Shown: positions 34,194-48,024, counted from the first letter of the whole stretch. The stretch: 61,967 bases of DNA, filler included, from Sphacelaria rigidula (GCA_964200075.2; 10 parts of 10 records of this genome joined end to end with filler, not necessarily neighbours in it); one strand, 5' to 3'. Notes: generated by a model from the letters alone, not told the origin. Translations and numbers: made by a program.

Positions 34194-37100
34194 ATTAATA
34201 CAACATGCGGATCATGGCCCAACTTGTCCGTGTCGACGAGATATTGCTTTGAGAGCTCAATCCGTGTCTAGGCTGGCCCAGCTCGTAACTTTTACACAGA
34301 AACATGAAGATCTCACACAGGTGTACACTTTGCTGTCGCGGCAGGGTACATCACGCTGACCTTCGCAACCGTGCACATTGTCAAAGGTGTCAGACCTTCG
34401 CAAGGTCAAAAGTCGTGACCTTGCGAAGGTCGTACCTCATCTTGAACATTCGAAACCCTGCAGAGGGTTTTTAATGATATCGCGTCCTCTGGGGATCAGT
34501 TCCCCCCTCTAGAGGCATTCTGTCAACATCTAATTCTTCTGTATTGTGTTTAGAAGCACACGTGCTATGGAAATCAGGAATCAAGGATTTATTTCGAACA
34601 GGAGGGGCTGTACAAATCACACATACACTGGCAGATGGGATTTGTATACAGCAGAAGCTGTTCGAAATAAATCCTCATTTTGCCCGCCACTTCGTTCTGC
34701 AGTCGGGTCAGCTTATTTCGAGCGGCCTCGGCTGTTCACGTCCCACATACTGCACCGTATTCAGCGGATGGCACTCGAGAGGGAGCAGGAATTGTTGGAA
34801 ATTCATCTTCTTTCCCCCCACTTCATATATCAATCGGGCAAAGGAATATAACTCTTTGATAGCCTTCACTGTATACAAATGCCATACACTGACGATACGA
34901 GCGTGTGGCAACGCGGCAACACTGTACCGGGGTACAGCGTTTACAGTTGGTAATGATTTGTGAATACAAAATAATCATTGCAGTTTGATACGCTGGCAAC
35001 AGCATAGTATGTCGGATTTGGACAGCAAAGGCTGCTTGCGAATCCTCTTTCTGCCCATATTCGGATGAAACTGGTGGCCGCAACGAGGACTTCCGAGAAT
35101 CCTTTGCTGTGCATCTCCCACATTCTAGTGTTCGGAATTTTACAGCAGGGCACAGTGGATTATCTAAAATGGAGTTGAAAAAAAAAAGAGGTTCAACTCA
35201 AAAGCCGTGCTTTCCCTCACCTGAATTAATGATGAATGACTTTCATATGGACGACCCCATCCCTCCTGACCTGCCTAAAATTATTTCGGGAGATTGCTAG
35301 CCTTCCGTCCCCCCAAAATTTGTCGATAGCCATTGCCATACTTGGTGAATTTGGTGGGACATCAATCGATTGTTATTTCCATCAAGATGATTGTTTAGCC
35401 ATCTATCGATAGCAACTGCCGTGATGAAAAGATTTGACGAGCCGTCTATCGGTAGCCTTTGGTGTCATCAATGGAGTTGGTGAACAATCTCTCAATAGGC
35501 TCTGCCGCCAACAAAGGGTTTTGGGGTATGGGTTTTGATGTATGTTCCAATTACAATTGCCGTCAACAATTAATTGATGTTCTAGGAAGCACCTATCGAT
35601 AGCCAGTGACGCCGACGGTGGGGTTTCATGAACATATGGCTCACTACAGTGGTCGTACGGCATCAACGACAGTATTCCTCACACATGAACACGCATCTAC
35701 CTGAGGTGATCGTTCGCCACAACTTTTGTGGGAAAAGGTGTAAACACTCACCGACAATGTGCATACGAAGTACACACCTAGTGATGGCCGCCATTCATCT
35801 CCCGTTGTGGTCAGCGACAGATATTGGTGGCCGCGGTTCAGATGCATTGTGACCAGCGATGGGCATTGGTGGCCACGATTCGGATGATATTGTGACCAGC
35901 AATATATATTGGTGGGCGCCGTCTAGATCCTACTGTGACCAACAACATCTATTGATGGCTGGGTTGCAGATCCTACTGCGATTAGCAATAGACATTGGTG
36001 GCCGCAGTTCAGAGCCTTTTGCAAAAGAATGACGTGTATTGATGGCAAACCTGGCAACTCCATTGCCACGGCTATGATACATTCTGTCCCTTGTCCCGAA
36101 GCTATTGGTAGACAGTAATGCCAGTCGATTATGACTGACAAAAACGTTGACAGTCAAGTTTTCGAGACTAAAGCAGCCGTAATGTTCTATTACGTGGCCT
36201 TTTGCCCAGGGTAAAAACACATTTCACCCAATGCGAAAAAGTTCCATCAGCGCTAATGTCCATCAGAGGGACAAACCCTGAGGACCAACATCACACTAAC
36301 AACATAACTCGTAAGCCTGTCCATACATCCTGCGGATTCCTGTATCATACAACCGTTCCAAAGTTGCAAAATTGTGACGTCGTATTTTCACGAGTAGTGT
36401 TACCCACTGCATGTTCATCTGCGACTTCTCTACGGTGCGTAGGTGTAATATGCTCGGCGGCAATAGTTTTTAGGGGTGGATATACTGAAGTCCTCATCGC
36501 CACTTCCACTTGAACTCCAGCTACAATGTGATCGCCAGTACAAACTGATCCAGTTCACAGCCCTACGTTTTTCCCTCTTCGGAATTTAACCAAAAAATGG
36601 GAGTCCGAATGGGGGAAAACGAAGATTTACCCCGAATGGCCCCCGCGCCCTAATTTCCACGTATGCTGTAGCAAGAATGGGGTATGAGAAACATGGTATC
36701 CCGAGGATTTCAATGTTGGCAGAATATATCAGACCCCGTCATGATGTTCACTCGCACAACAATGTGCGGTCAAACAGCCCTCCACAACCTCGCACATCGT
36801 GTACGCGTATATCTCAGACCTTCTCAGGGTGTTTACCCTCGCACGGTTGCTGTGTCAAAGAACCCCGTACAACCGTGCACATTGTCGAAGGTATACTAAT
36901 ATAGGGTCAATTTGATGCTTTGGACCGTCCGGAGATGTTCACGAAGTCATCCACAAGGTCTCCACCTTCGCAAGGTGTTCAGAAGGTGTAGCAACGTGTT
37001 CACCTGTGCAAATGTCTTCGGATACTCGTCTTGTGATGCCTTTGCTATTTCCCGTACCAAATATCAGAGCACATCCCTCGAAACCGAGCTGCACAGTCCA

Positions 37101-38399
37101 AGTCGTATGCATCTACTAGTTCTAAGGTTCCCCCCCCCCCCCNNNNNNNNNNNNNNNNNNNNNNNNNNNNNNNNNNNNNNNNNNNNTTAATTAATTAANN
37201 NNNNNNNNNNNNNNNNNNNNNNNNNNNNNNNNNNNNNNNNNNAGGTTCGAAATTGGCCGCGGAACAATTTTTTGCGCGTAAAAATCTGTGCCTGCCGACC
37301 CCCGCTAGTTTGGCATCGTCATCTGAGGTCGCACATCCATATCGGACGTTCGGCATTTTGCTTTAGGTCGGCCATCTCTTTCTGTGCTTTGCTTTTGTTG
37401 ATTTTTTTCGATTTTTTTCCCCACGTCTTCTATGTCGTTCTGTCCGACTTTTTCTGCTCCTTCTTCGTTTTCTTGAACGAATGTTTCAGTTTTGCTTGTC
37501 TCGGGTACGTCCATCATACGACCACGGCTGGACCCATGGTTGGTCAGCTAAAGTGCGATAGTCAATCAATCAATCAATCAATCATTCAAATTAATCAGTA
37601 GGCCAGATAAACGTCCATGTGAGATATGAATATCCAGCTGGAATGTCAACCTTGGATCCGCCATGCCTCGGGAAGGAGGGCCTCCATCTACGGTATGCAT
37701 CGGGGATACGGATATCCATCTGGAAGGTAGGTCTCCGTTTGGGATATGGACATCCATGTGCGAGTTTCATCTGAGATGAGGATATGGAGATCTTAGTATA
37801 AGCTCTCAGATCCTCCGGGACGTGAACATCCGCCTGGGATATCCATCTCGACCTAGGATGTCCCAAATGCACATCCACTTTCGACGTGAACATCCACCAG
37901 ACACCTCTCACGTCCTGAGGTCGTGTCTCAACCCCAAGTTTCGGAGACTTTTTCCGAATGACAAATGATAACGGTAAGATCCTAGCAGACCGTTCAGTGG
38001 TGGACCCGGCATCTATTGTGAATTTCCCATCACTATTCCTCCTGAGGCTGCAAACTTGTAGGAATACGAAGGCCCATCCTTACACGTCCAAATTTGTCAC
38101 TAGATCGGTGAACGGGTACACACGCGGTGCTACGGCGGTTTTGTAGCGACCATATGGTACGGCTAGAGACATGAAGGCAGAATGTATACAGCACTACATC
38201 TACGCTGTACGAGTATCCACCGCTCGCAACGTAATATCACGCTCACCAAAATGTAGATTTCTTGGTTGACTGAGCACGGTGCACTCCGCTTAGATCGGAT
38301 GCAGTGAGAAGTGAACGGAAATCGGCGTGTTCGGTAGACGTGACACAACTATAAAGACAAAGACGATGCACGGGTCCGCCCGTTTCCATTTGAAATACC

Positions 38400-40200
38400 G
38401 CGCGTCTGGGTATTGCTTGGCCCCTACTGAACCGACTTTCGATTAACTAGGGCCTCCTCTATGTAGCCGAGGAAAGGGCTATCGTTACATCAAGTGCGCT
38501 GATGCCTGGGTGGTCCACGTGTACTGGCAAGCGCGGCCGTACAGCGAAGGATATCGATATTAACGTGGGCCTGTAGGACTTCGAATATCCAATCCCTGTT
38601 CAGCATGAGCTATAGATAGATCTTGTAATACCTTGATCGGCAAAGTCACCGCCCGTTCCTTCGCTCATATTCCTGCGTGGAGCCAGTCCAGTCCGGAACA
38701 AGAGACTAACCCAGACCTGCTCTGAAGAGCGAAACGAATTGGCTTGACTCTGGAATCATTCCACCGAAAAATAGCTCAAGGCACGACCTCAAACCAATTC
38801 GCCTCCTCTACGACGTTTTCTGAATGCGGGTATCTCCTAACAACCGAAATCCCAACCGTGGCCTATATCCTTTCTCAAACACGATGACAAGGTGTGCGCT
38901 GGTGACCATATCTCTGTGATAGCGCGCCCTGGTGAAGAACATTGCAGATCGCGTTGGTACAGCATATTTTTGTGCTAGTTTGAGCTGATAAAAGCGTCGT
39001 GAAGGGTATGCTAGTAGGACAAACACCTCGGTTTGCGCGCGGATATTTAGCTTCGCTCTGTACACGCCGGGATGGACGGTCCAGATGGATACCCCCAAGT
39101 AGGTGCAAGGTCTCAAAGGAGGATACCAATTCCCAGCTGCACATCCTAGACGAAAGGTCCAGATGACCATCCGTATCTCAGATGGAGCTACAGTAGCACG
39201 ATAGTGTGAGTCCATAAACCGTGAAGCAGACGATGATATATTCGGGCATATAACGCGATGCTACAAGCCTTGTGGTACTTTGATTCCTGTAGGTTGGGTG
39301 ATTTAAGATACAGAAACCACCCGACTGTTCTTTCCAAGGCCAACCGCAGCATGGCTGAATAATAAACAAAGGTCGGTGAATGCCCTGAACACGACTTGCG
39401 GCTTGTCGCCCAGAAAGGGAGGAGGTGTGTAAGACCAGATCGTCCTTGTAAAAAGCCGCTCATTTTTTGCACTTGCTGTAGACCGAGAGGCTCCTATTGT
39501 AAGTGTAATAAATGAGAATAATGTAATACGTAGTCATCACTGACCTGGAACGGCCACCCGCTTACCCCGACAACGCACCCGGAGCACGTGAAATTCAATC
39601 ATTCTAGCTTGACTGGTTCGAGTACTTGTGCATGAGGTAGCTAGGGATGCTCATTTGACTCGTGCGGCAACGAGAGAGTTTTGGGAAACATGCTCAACGA
39701 TAGAGGTAATTTGGAGAAGATCGGAAGAGGCAACGCCAGGGCTGAGACTTGGTTGGGATCCATCGTTTTTCGTATCGTCGTTGCTCGCCATTTGCGATGA
39801 AAAATGCGCCGACGGTGCATCAGTAGTGTACTCCTCCCGTCCATATACACCACGTTTGACGGCGTGGTCGAGGCAGCTTATGGGAAATGGATGTTGTGAA
39901 GCTCACCGATGTCCACTTTTTGCTTGGGAGGCCACACTGCTCGACCTCGTCTGCGAAGAGACAACCCTACCGACCCGACACATGTCTGTTGTAGCTCTCC
40001 GGTAGTATTACGTGGTGTTTCGAGAGGAACTTGTACATAATTCCCGACAACGTATTCCGCGAATGTCACTTGGTATGTATGACAACATCCATAGGTTGAT
40101 GCCACCCGGTGAACGTCATCACAATGAAAATATCATACTCCATTAGTCGCAGTATTTCCAGGTACTCTCTCGGGGTATTCAAGGTGCTCATTTTACTCGT
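38400..40200 (-). pseudogene. Possible highly degenerate DIRS/Ngaro-like reverse transcriptase remnant
   Basis: Ordered weak motifs across shifted frames: LLPFW, then RLG...NW..P...CTYLGVSI, then EEANWF...RWN. No YxDD visible. Confidence 0.25.
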
Positions 40201-43200
40201 CATGCTGTGCATGCGTGGACGATGGTTGCCCGCGGCTCAGGTTACTACTGAGAAAGCGGAGGCTCTCACGGGAACATGCCTCGTGCAATGAAACACCTAA
40301 AAACAAGAAATGCCCTTCGTGTCAGTTCGATTTTCATGGCGCATGCCAAGTACCGTACGTAGTCAACGCAAGTTGGAGATGGCACGTATTTCGAAAACGA
40401 GTATCCATGTGCGAATGGATACGGTAGTCGTATATCACGAGCTCTCTCACGAAATTTGCAGCCGCACCATGCTGAAGGGCTTAAACCCCGATGCAGCGTG
40501 TTCTCACCCCAGCACCCAATCTGCTGGCATGCACTCACACAAGCTATATGTTGGAAATTGGCGTGGGTGTGGTTTAGCCCCTTCATAGACTCACTGAGGA
40601 CTGACAGTGGTGATTCAGCCCACTTGTTTTCTTCAGCCAACGATGGAGAGCAAACAGTATACGCGACGCTCATGTGCATGTTCTGAGAGTCTCAGAGAAA
40701 GAAGAGTATGGAGAGTGGAATAGATAGAGGGGTGTGGTGTATTATCAATAATTTCCGAGTTCAAGCTAAAGCTATTGTTAGTTGATTCAAAATCATGTGT
40801 GGCTTGCAGGTATGTACGCTTGTTTGCGCATTGAGTTGAATATGATAACCCAGCCTATTCCGTAGAACTGGACTCCATACTCCCCCCTACTCTGATGACT
40901 CAATGACGAGTCATGCTATAAGGGAGGGGGGGGGGGGGGGGGGTTCTACCAAGAAAAGAGCTCATAGGTGTGTCAGATGACCTCACACACTCTCGGCGCG
41001 CTGGTTTTGGGTAAAACGGTGTCCAGCGGTACGAATGAGCGTGATTCATCGGTAACGAGGGCGTTTGAACTACCGTTGCTGCTTCAACGACGATTTGAAG
41101 TGGAATTTCGTGCAAGAAATGGCCAAACACGCACCCCCCCTGTCGTATCATGACCCTGACCTGTTCGGTACAAGTGCAGTCTGAGTGAATAATGCGCATA
41201 CAACACGATACATATATAACGGGAGACACTGCCGCCAGGTGTGATCACTGTACTGGTACCGCAACTAGCTGAAGAGGCGTGGTACAGGTTCTCCGGAAGC
41301 GCGTGAGCGTGCCTATTACAATATAGACGGACAGAGCTTGAGGTATCGCATGGGTATGTCGTCGGGCTGCGCAGGCCTCGAAAAAATTGAATTGCCCCGC
41401 TCGGTCGAACAAATTTGCGGGGGAATATAACGGCATCCATTCCACACGACTTGTGCTATACAGTATAGTCAACTATAATCACCTCATACGTTGCTCACAC
41501 AGCTCTCCCGAGAAGTTCGTCCCCCCACGAAGGTGAAGCAGGGGGGGTACTGCTGTCTTCGTATTAACGCCATATTTCTATGTATCGTGGGATCTTGTAT
41601 CTGCGGTAGAATATGGTTCGCCATTTGGCCGGAATTTGATGGGCGGGCTGAGATGGGAGATTATCCCCACGTACGTTATCTGTCGATTCGGAATCGCCGT
41701 GGCCTTGGACCCGCCCGCAGACTCGCAATCTAAATGAAAATCCAACTCGGTAATCAGATGGTTTTCTCGTATCGCTACTATCAAGAAGAGTATCAATTTG
41801 TTGTTATGTATCATTAGGTGGGACATTTAGATTTCATGGCATCTAAAAAAATTGTAGTATAATTCGCTACATACCAGCTTAGAATTTTACGTTTTTCTAG
41901 TATGACAGCCAAGACTGTACTAATATAGCGGGTAAAAATGGATGATGGCAAAAGGTACAGATTGGTTTATTGTAAGTTGCCGGCTGTCGTAGCCGACACA
42001 TCCGCACGCAAAATACTCGAGCAGGTGGCCCTCGACCCTTGCAGGAGGCAATAGCTATATCCGGTACTCTCTAATCCACATATTTTATCTCCAGAGTGCT
42101 TGCTTCGCTGCTTGGTCGTGTACCTGGACAACACCATTTTGAAACAACAGCCACGAGCCGAAGCTGCGGAGGGAATACAAACCGGTGGGAACAAAGGTCG
42201 GCTGTACTCCATTGTATGATGTGCTGCTTGCTCTAACAACGCTGGTTTGAATATCCTTGAAAGTGCTTGCGGATACTGCCTTTGAGCCTACCCATCTGCT
42301 GGTTTTGCGTTAGCCACGTGCAAATCGGGTGCTACTTCGTTGTTGTGATACATCGTGCAGAGGTCACCCTGAAGCTGCCCGCCACTATGGTACATGAAAC
42401 TCCAGCAGTGCCCCATGGTGCCGTACTGCTGTTGCAGCGCATAGGTCAGCTGCGCAGTCTAGGGAAGTTCTGGAATGTATTATTTGCCGAGTTGCAGACT
42501 GGCGCAGGGTGCGACACAGCAATACAGCAAAATAAGTAAATTTGTCCAAGAGACATGGTGACACAGTTTACCCGTACTTGTCATTGGCTCCCTGAGTGCT
42601 CGTGGTTTCTATTCCGAGATTCTTCCGCTAACTGTCCTTCAAGTTTTGAACGATGACTGTCAGGCGGTGTTATGACGAAACAAGGAAAATGATTATCATT
42701 TCGTGATAGAGATCGTGAAGTGACGGTTCACAACTTGACTATCACGAGGAATCATGCGCCGTTCCAATCTAGGGTGGGAAGGAAGTGATACAGTGACGGT
42801 AACAGCACGCGAACAGACCAGCGACTTCAAGCCGGGCGGCAATCACGCGCAAGGGGGGGTATGGGTATTGTCGCAAGTCGAAACGCGGACCGCCTTCCGC
42901 ACGAGAAGGGGAAGAAGCAACAGCAGCAGTATCGGCAGCATCTTTACTGCCAGTAGATGCACGCGGCTGGGGATGGGTCTAAATCAGCCGGCGCCGATAC
43001 TGCTGCTGCTGCCGTTCCTCCTTGTGGGAGAGACCGTCCGCGTTTCGATCGTGTTTCAACGCCCACACATCATGCACGTGATGGCCACCGTGCTGGAAAG
43101 CGCTGGTCCGTACTACCCGCCGATGGGTCTATGCTCCCTCACTAGGCGAAGTGCTGGGAGATGTAGCTGCGCGCATCTCTCTGTGCGAGCTGTGCACGTC

Positions 43201-44314
43201 GGGTGTGTCTCGCACGCGTGGCTACTGCTGGTGATGGGAATAAAGCCAGCGTCCAATACAGGGGAAAATAAGTGATATGTGCTCATGCTGAAAATGCTAT
43301 GGGGGTGTACTCATGATCATGCATGCCATAGTCATTAGACCATTGATCTNNNNNNNNNNNNNNNNNNNNNNNNNNNNNNNNNNNNNNNNNNNNTTAATTA
43401 ATTAANNNNNNNNNNNNNNNNNNNNNNNNNNNNNNNNNNNNNNNNNNNNGTTAGTTTGCCAGTAGTACAATGGCTGTACTGATGATGATGTGGGCAACGA
43501 GCAGTACAGACATAACTAAGCAGTACAATACTGCCTGTTCTGCCTGCTGCATACGGCAGTATACATGCGCACATGTCAGGTTGGAGACGGTAATATACAA
43601 CGGCTGCACTAGAATTGATGTGGAGGAGTGCAGTATAGACAGTACACTACTTTTGTCTGTACTGCCGCGTACATGATATGGCAGTGTAGACTGAAGATGG
43701 CAGGTTGCACACAGTGCGAGCTGGGCCATCAGCGATCGGGGGAGGTGTACGTTTCAGGTCTTTTTACATGAACACAGAGAGCTTGGCATGGCAAAGTCTT
43801 TGAGTCTTTGTACCTCGCCGTGGCCTGCACATCCCTTCGGTTTCCGCCGACCGTTCTTTTGGTATCCCCCCACCCTTTGGTACCCACCCCCCTCAAAATA
43901 TATATCTACAACCGTAAGCTAGGGTCAACATCTCTCATAGTATTTTCCTAGCGGTATTTTTTCCTCATAATATGTTGCGAAATACGAGGGGAAATAACCA
44001 ACCGGAAGAAACGGCCTACAAGGGCATGCCGTGGCAGATTATTGTTCGATCGAAAAAGTGCGGTGAACAAATCCGACATGATAGGTTGTCATCTCGACAT
44101 GAATGACGTGAACATGAATGGCTGCCCGTCCTGACCAACCAGATTGGTTTTTTTTTCGCCGCCACACCTTTTCGGTCGAAGTACGGTGGAAAGCAAAAAT
44201 TCCGGTCTGATAGATCGTGATTTTAATATGAAATGCGATAGTTGAAATCATGGCTCATTAGATCAGAATGTCAGAATTTCCCTTTTCCACCGCACATTTC
44301 CATTCGAAAAAGTG

Positions 44315-44508
44315 CACACCCTGGACAATATATGGTCAATAGATGCAATAGACGAGAAGTGTGTTGCATGAAGTATAGGCCTATTGCAACTATTGCCGGC
44401 TGACAACAGTCGCAATAGGCCTGCTGACAACAGTCGCAATAGGCCTATACTTGATGCAGTACGTTTCGTGTCTGTTGCAACTATTGACCATATATTGTCC
44501 AAGGTGTG
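44315..44508. mobile_element. Palindromic MITE (CACACCCTGGAC termini) with perfect 8-bp TSD
   Basis: TSD AAAAAGTG at 44307-44314 and 44509-44516. Long inverted arms. Confidence 0.82.
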
Positions 44509-44514
44509 AAAAAG

Positions 44515-47267
44515 TGCTGCGGAGAAGAAAATTTTCGATCTGATGGGCCCACCGCATTTCTGTTCCTAATTGCCTTCAACTATTTTTATGATTAGTCGCG
44601 CGCGGAGAAGGGGTTAAAAGCAATAAGCGAAGCTTTTCGGTCGAAAATATGTGCTCGAAAGGTACGAAGGGGCACTTGACTTCTTTCTCACAGACTACCA
44701 CGTCAGATACCACCCGTTCACAGAACCATTCAAACTCCATGCAACTAATTCTCAGCTACCACCGCAACCCTGCAGCATAGAGCATACCAGTTGAGCACAA
44801 GGATAGATACACTGCAGTAGTTGGGCAAGCTTTGTTTATTTCATGTTGGCGAAAACTTGAGCATCTCTTGTCATGGTAGGGATCATCAACGGAACTCGGT
44901 GGTGGGGCGAGCAACCGAGTTGCGTACACGCCCATGGACAGTGCAGGCAGTTCAAGGCTGCACGTTGTCCAAGTCCTCTTCACGTCGCATTGTGAGCAGA
45001 GAGGACAGATAATCTAGTGTGCTGTCTGCACGACACGTTGCCCGCTTCTCTTTCACATCCTACCGTACGAAACACGCACACACGCACTCAAGACACACTG
45101 CGTGCAAACAGTGAAGACAGTACAGACTGTCTGTACTACACACAAGCGACCATGTACCGTTTCACGAATTTCACTGTCTTTTTTTCGATCGAAAGACTGA
45201 ATGTTCGCTTGGACCCAATTCGACAAAAATGAGCGAATTTCGCTCAAATCGATTCCACCGCCTCTTTCTCCGATCGAAAAAAATGTGCTAAGACACGCCC
45301 TCGGGTACATTTTTTTTCGATCGAGAAAAAGTGCGGTGGAATTGATTTCAGCGATTTCGTTCATTCTTCGCGAGTTGGGTCCTATAATGGTGAATTGGCA
45401 AGCTGTCGATCGAGAAAAGGGTGAAATTCGTGAAGCGGTACTTGTTCGCTTGGCTGGAGCAAACAGTGCTGTGTGTGTGCGTTTATGTATATTAGGATGT
45501 GAGAGATAAGCGGGCATGCAACGTGCAATACAGACAGCTCAGGGCCATCTGTACTCTGCTTAAAATGCGACGTGAGAAGGACTTGAACAACGTTTAGCTT
45601 CGTAGTGCCTGCACTGTTCATGAGCGTCTACGCAAGTTGGTCGTTCACCCTACCGCGCAGTTCTGTCGCCGATCCCTAACATAAAAGATGCTCAAGTTTT
45701 CGCGAACAAGAATTAAACATATCATACCGAAGTACTTCGGCGTATCTATCCATGTTCAACTCGCGCTCCACGCTGCAGGGTTGCGATGGTAGCTGAGAAT
45801 GACTTGTGTCTTTGATTGGTCCTGTGGACGGGTGGTATCTGGCGTGGGGGTCTGCAAGATAGAAGTCAAGTGCCTCGTCGTACCTTCCTACGCATGTTTT
45901 CGATCGGAAAGGTTACCTTGGGGATGTTTTCCCTCCTGCCCGCACGTCGCTAATTATAAAATATAGTTGAAGCCAGCTAGGAACAGAGATGCCGTGCAAC
46001 CTATCAGATCGATTTTTTTCTTTCCCGCCGCACTTTTCCGATGAAAAAAAATGTTCGAAGACACCCCCCACGCCCTGAGACACGCCCTTTGTCGAAACCA
46101 AGGAAAGAAGCGGGAAAGGGAACAAGCGTCCGAGAGCATTTGGATTAGTCGCCGCAACGATTACCCGCCCGGGGTTCACTCAACACGCTGTCACTCGACG
46201 CTTTTCCCCTTTCCCGCGTTTTTTTTGTGATCTCGACAAGGGTCGTGTCTTGGCACACTTTTTTTCGATCGCAGAAAAGTGCGATGGAATTGATGTGAGC
46301 GAAGTCGTTCATTTTTCGCGAGTTGTGTCCAAGCGAATATTGCGAGCTCTCGATAAAAATAAAAATAAAAAAGCGTGAAATTCGTGGAGCGGTACGTGTT
46401 CGCTTGTCTACAGTGCGGCACTGTACTGTCCGTAGTTTCTGCGTACAGTGTGTCTGACTGTGTGTGCGTATTTCGTGCTGTAGAATGTGAAGAAGAAGCT
46501 GGCAACATGCATTGCAAACAACACGGGACTATCTGTACTCTCTGCATACAACGCGACGTGAGAAGGACTTGAACAACGTGCAGTTTTGTCCTGCCTGCAC
46601 TATCCATGAGCGTGTACGCAAGTCGGTCGTCCACTTAACCACGCAATTCCGTGGCCGATCCTTACCATGAAAGAAAATGCTCAAGTTTTGATTCACAAAA
46701 AATGAACGCATCATGCCCAACTACTGCAGTATATCCCTGTGCTCAACTCATGCTCTCTGCCGCGGGGTTGCGGGGGTAGCTAAGAGTGAATTGTGGGGGG
46801 GTTGGATGCCTCTGTAAACGGATAGTATCTGACGTGGTGATCTGCAAGATAGGAATCAAGTGCTCCCCCGTGCTTTTTCTCCGCACGTTTTCGATCGAAA
46901 AGCTGAGCTTTATTGTTGTTTTTTTCTTTCCACCTGCACCGTGCAGACGCCCCGGTGGCTCAGTTGGTGGCCTCGCTGCCCTCTGACAGGTGGGTCGTGG
47001 GTTCGAATGTCGGAGCGACAATACACAAAGCCCAACAGTGGACAACGACTGCGTCGTGGGTACACGATATTTGACTCAACTGTCGACAAGGGAAAAGGAC
47101 TGCTAAACCCCTCTCGCGATAAAGAATAAAGGCAAGCATCGCAGAAGGAAGGTGGAGAACTAGAAAAAATACTGCTGCGGTGTCCTTCCTGTGTGACGCC
47201 GGCTGGTGCGCCCACATACACCGAAAGGTGTACACCGACGTCCAGAATAAATGGATGACAACACACA

Positions 47268-47298
<31 letters not shown>

Positions 47299-47830
47299 GC
47301 ACGTACCACTATTATGATTATAAAACATAGTGGAAGCCATCTAGTAACGGAGATGCCGAGGACCTATCAAATCGAAATTTCTTTTCTCCACCGCACGTTG
47401 TTGATCGAATAAAAATATTCCAAGGCAAACCGTAGATTTTTCGATCGAAAATATGCGGTTGAAAGATACGAAGGGGCACTTGACTCCTATCTTGCGGACC
47501 ACCACGCCAGATACTACCCGTGTACATAAACATGCAAATCCCCCACAATTCATTCTCAGCTACCCCCGCAACCCTGCGGCAGAGAGCAGGAGTTGAGCAC
47601 AGGTATAGATGAACTGCAGAAGTTGGGCATGATGTGTTCGTGTTTTGTTCGCGACAGCGTGAGCACCTTTTATGGTGGGGGTCGGCGACGCAAATTGCGT
47701 GGTGAAGTGGACGACCGACTTGCGAACACGCTCATGAACAAGACAGGCAATACAAACTACTTGCTGTTCAAACCCTTCTCACGTCGCGTTGTATGCAGAG
47801 AGTACAGATAGCCCTGTGCTCTCTGTACTG
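44515..47830. repeat. Array of four ~500-800-bp copies in alternating orientation, rich in TCGATCGAAA (+44515-45330, -45330-46050, -46230-46910, +47335-47830)
   Basis: Blocks such as CTCAGCTACC-CCGCAACCCTGC and CTTCTCACGTCGC occur twice on each strand. A fragment also lies at ~18375-18510. Confidence 0.75.
46949..47284 (+). mobile_element. tRNA-derived SINE family 1, full length
   Basis: A-box TGGCTCAGTTGG, B-box GGTTCGAATG, 3' hairpin TACACC-GAAA-GGTGTA and a (CA)n tail. Confidence 0.85.
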
Positions 47831-48024
47831 CATGTTCGCAGCTTCTCCTCCTGCTATTGCACGAAGCTCGCTTTGACCCATCACACCGACACGCTCTCGT
47901 GTGTCCGAGACGAATTCTTTTATGGAAACAAATCCCGAATTTGCGGAGACCCAAATCTGTGCAAAATCGGGGGGCCCAAAATTGCCAGGTTCGCAGGGGC
48001 CCTATTTTGGTTCAACAGATTCGT

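Noticed and set aside
38715..38745. Hammerhead-like core CTGAAGA-GC-GAAAC
   Set aside because: There is no room for stem II and I could not find stems I or III. The SINE CTGATGCG...CGAAA also lacks the conserved CUGANGA core.
43450..43700. CAGTA/TACTG-rich tracts (also ~27280-27350, 48240-48440, 55650-55730 and 59210-59390)
   Set aside because: Low-complexity decayed simple repeats with no spacer structure or coding signal.
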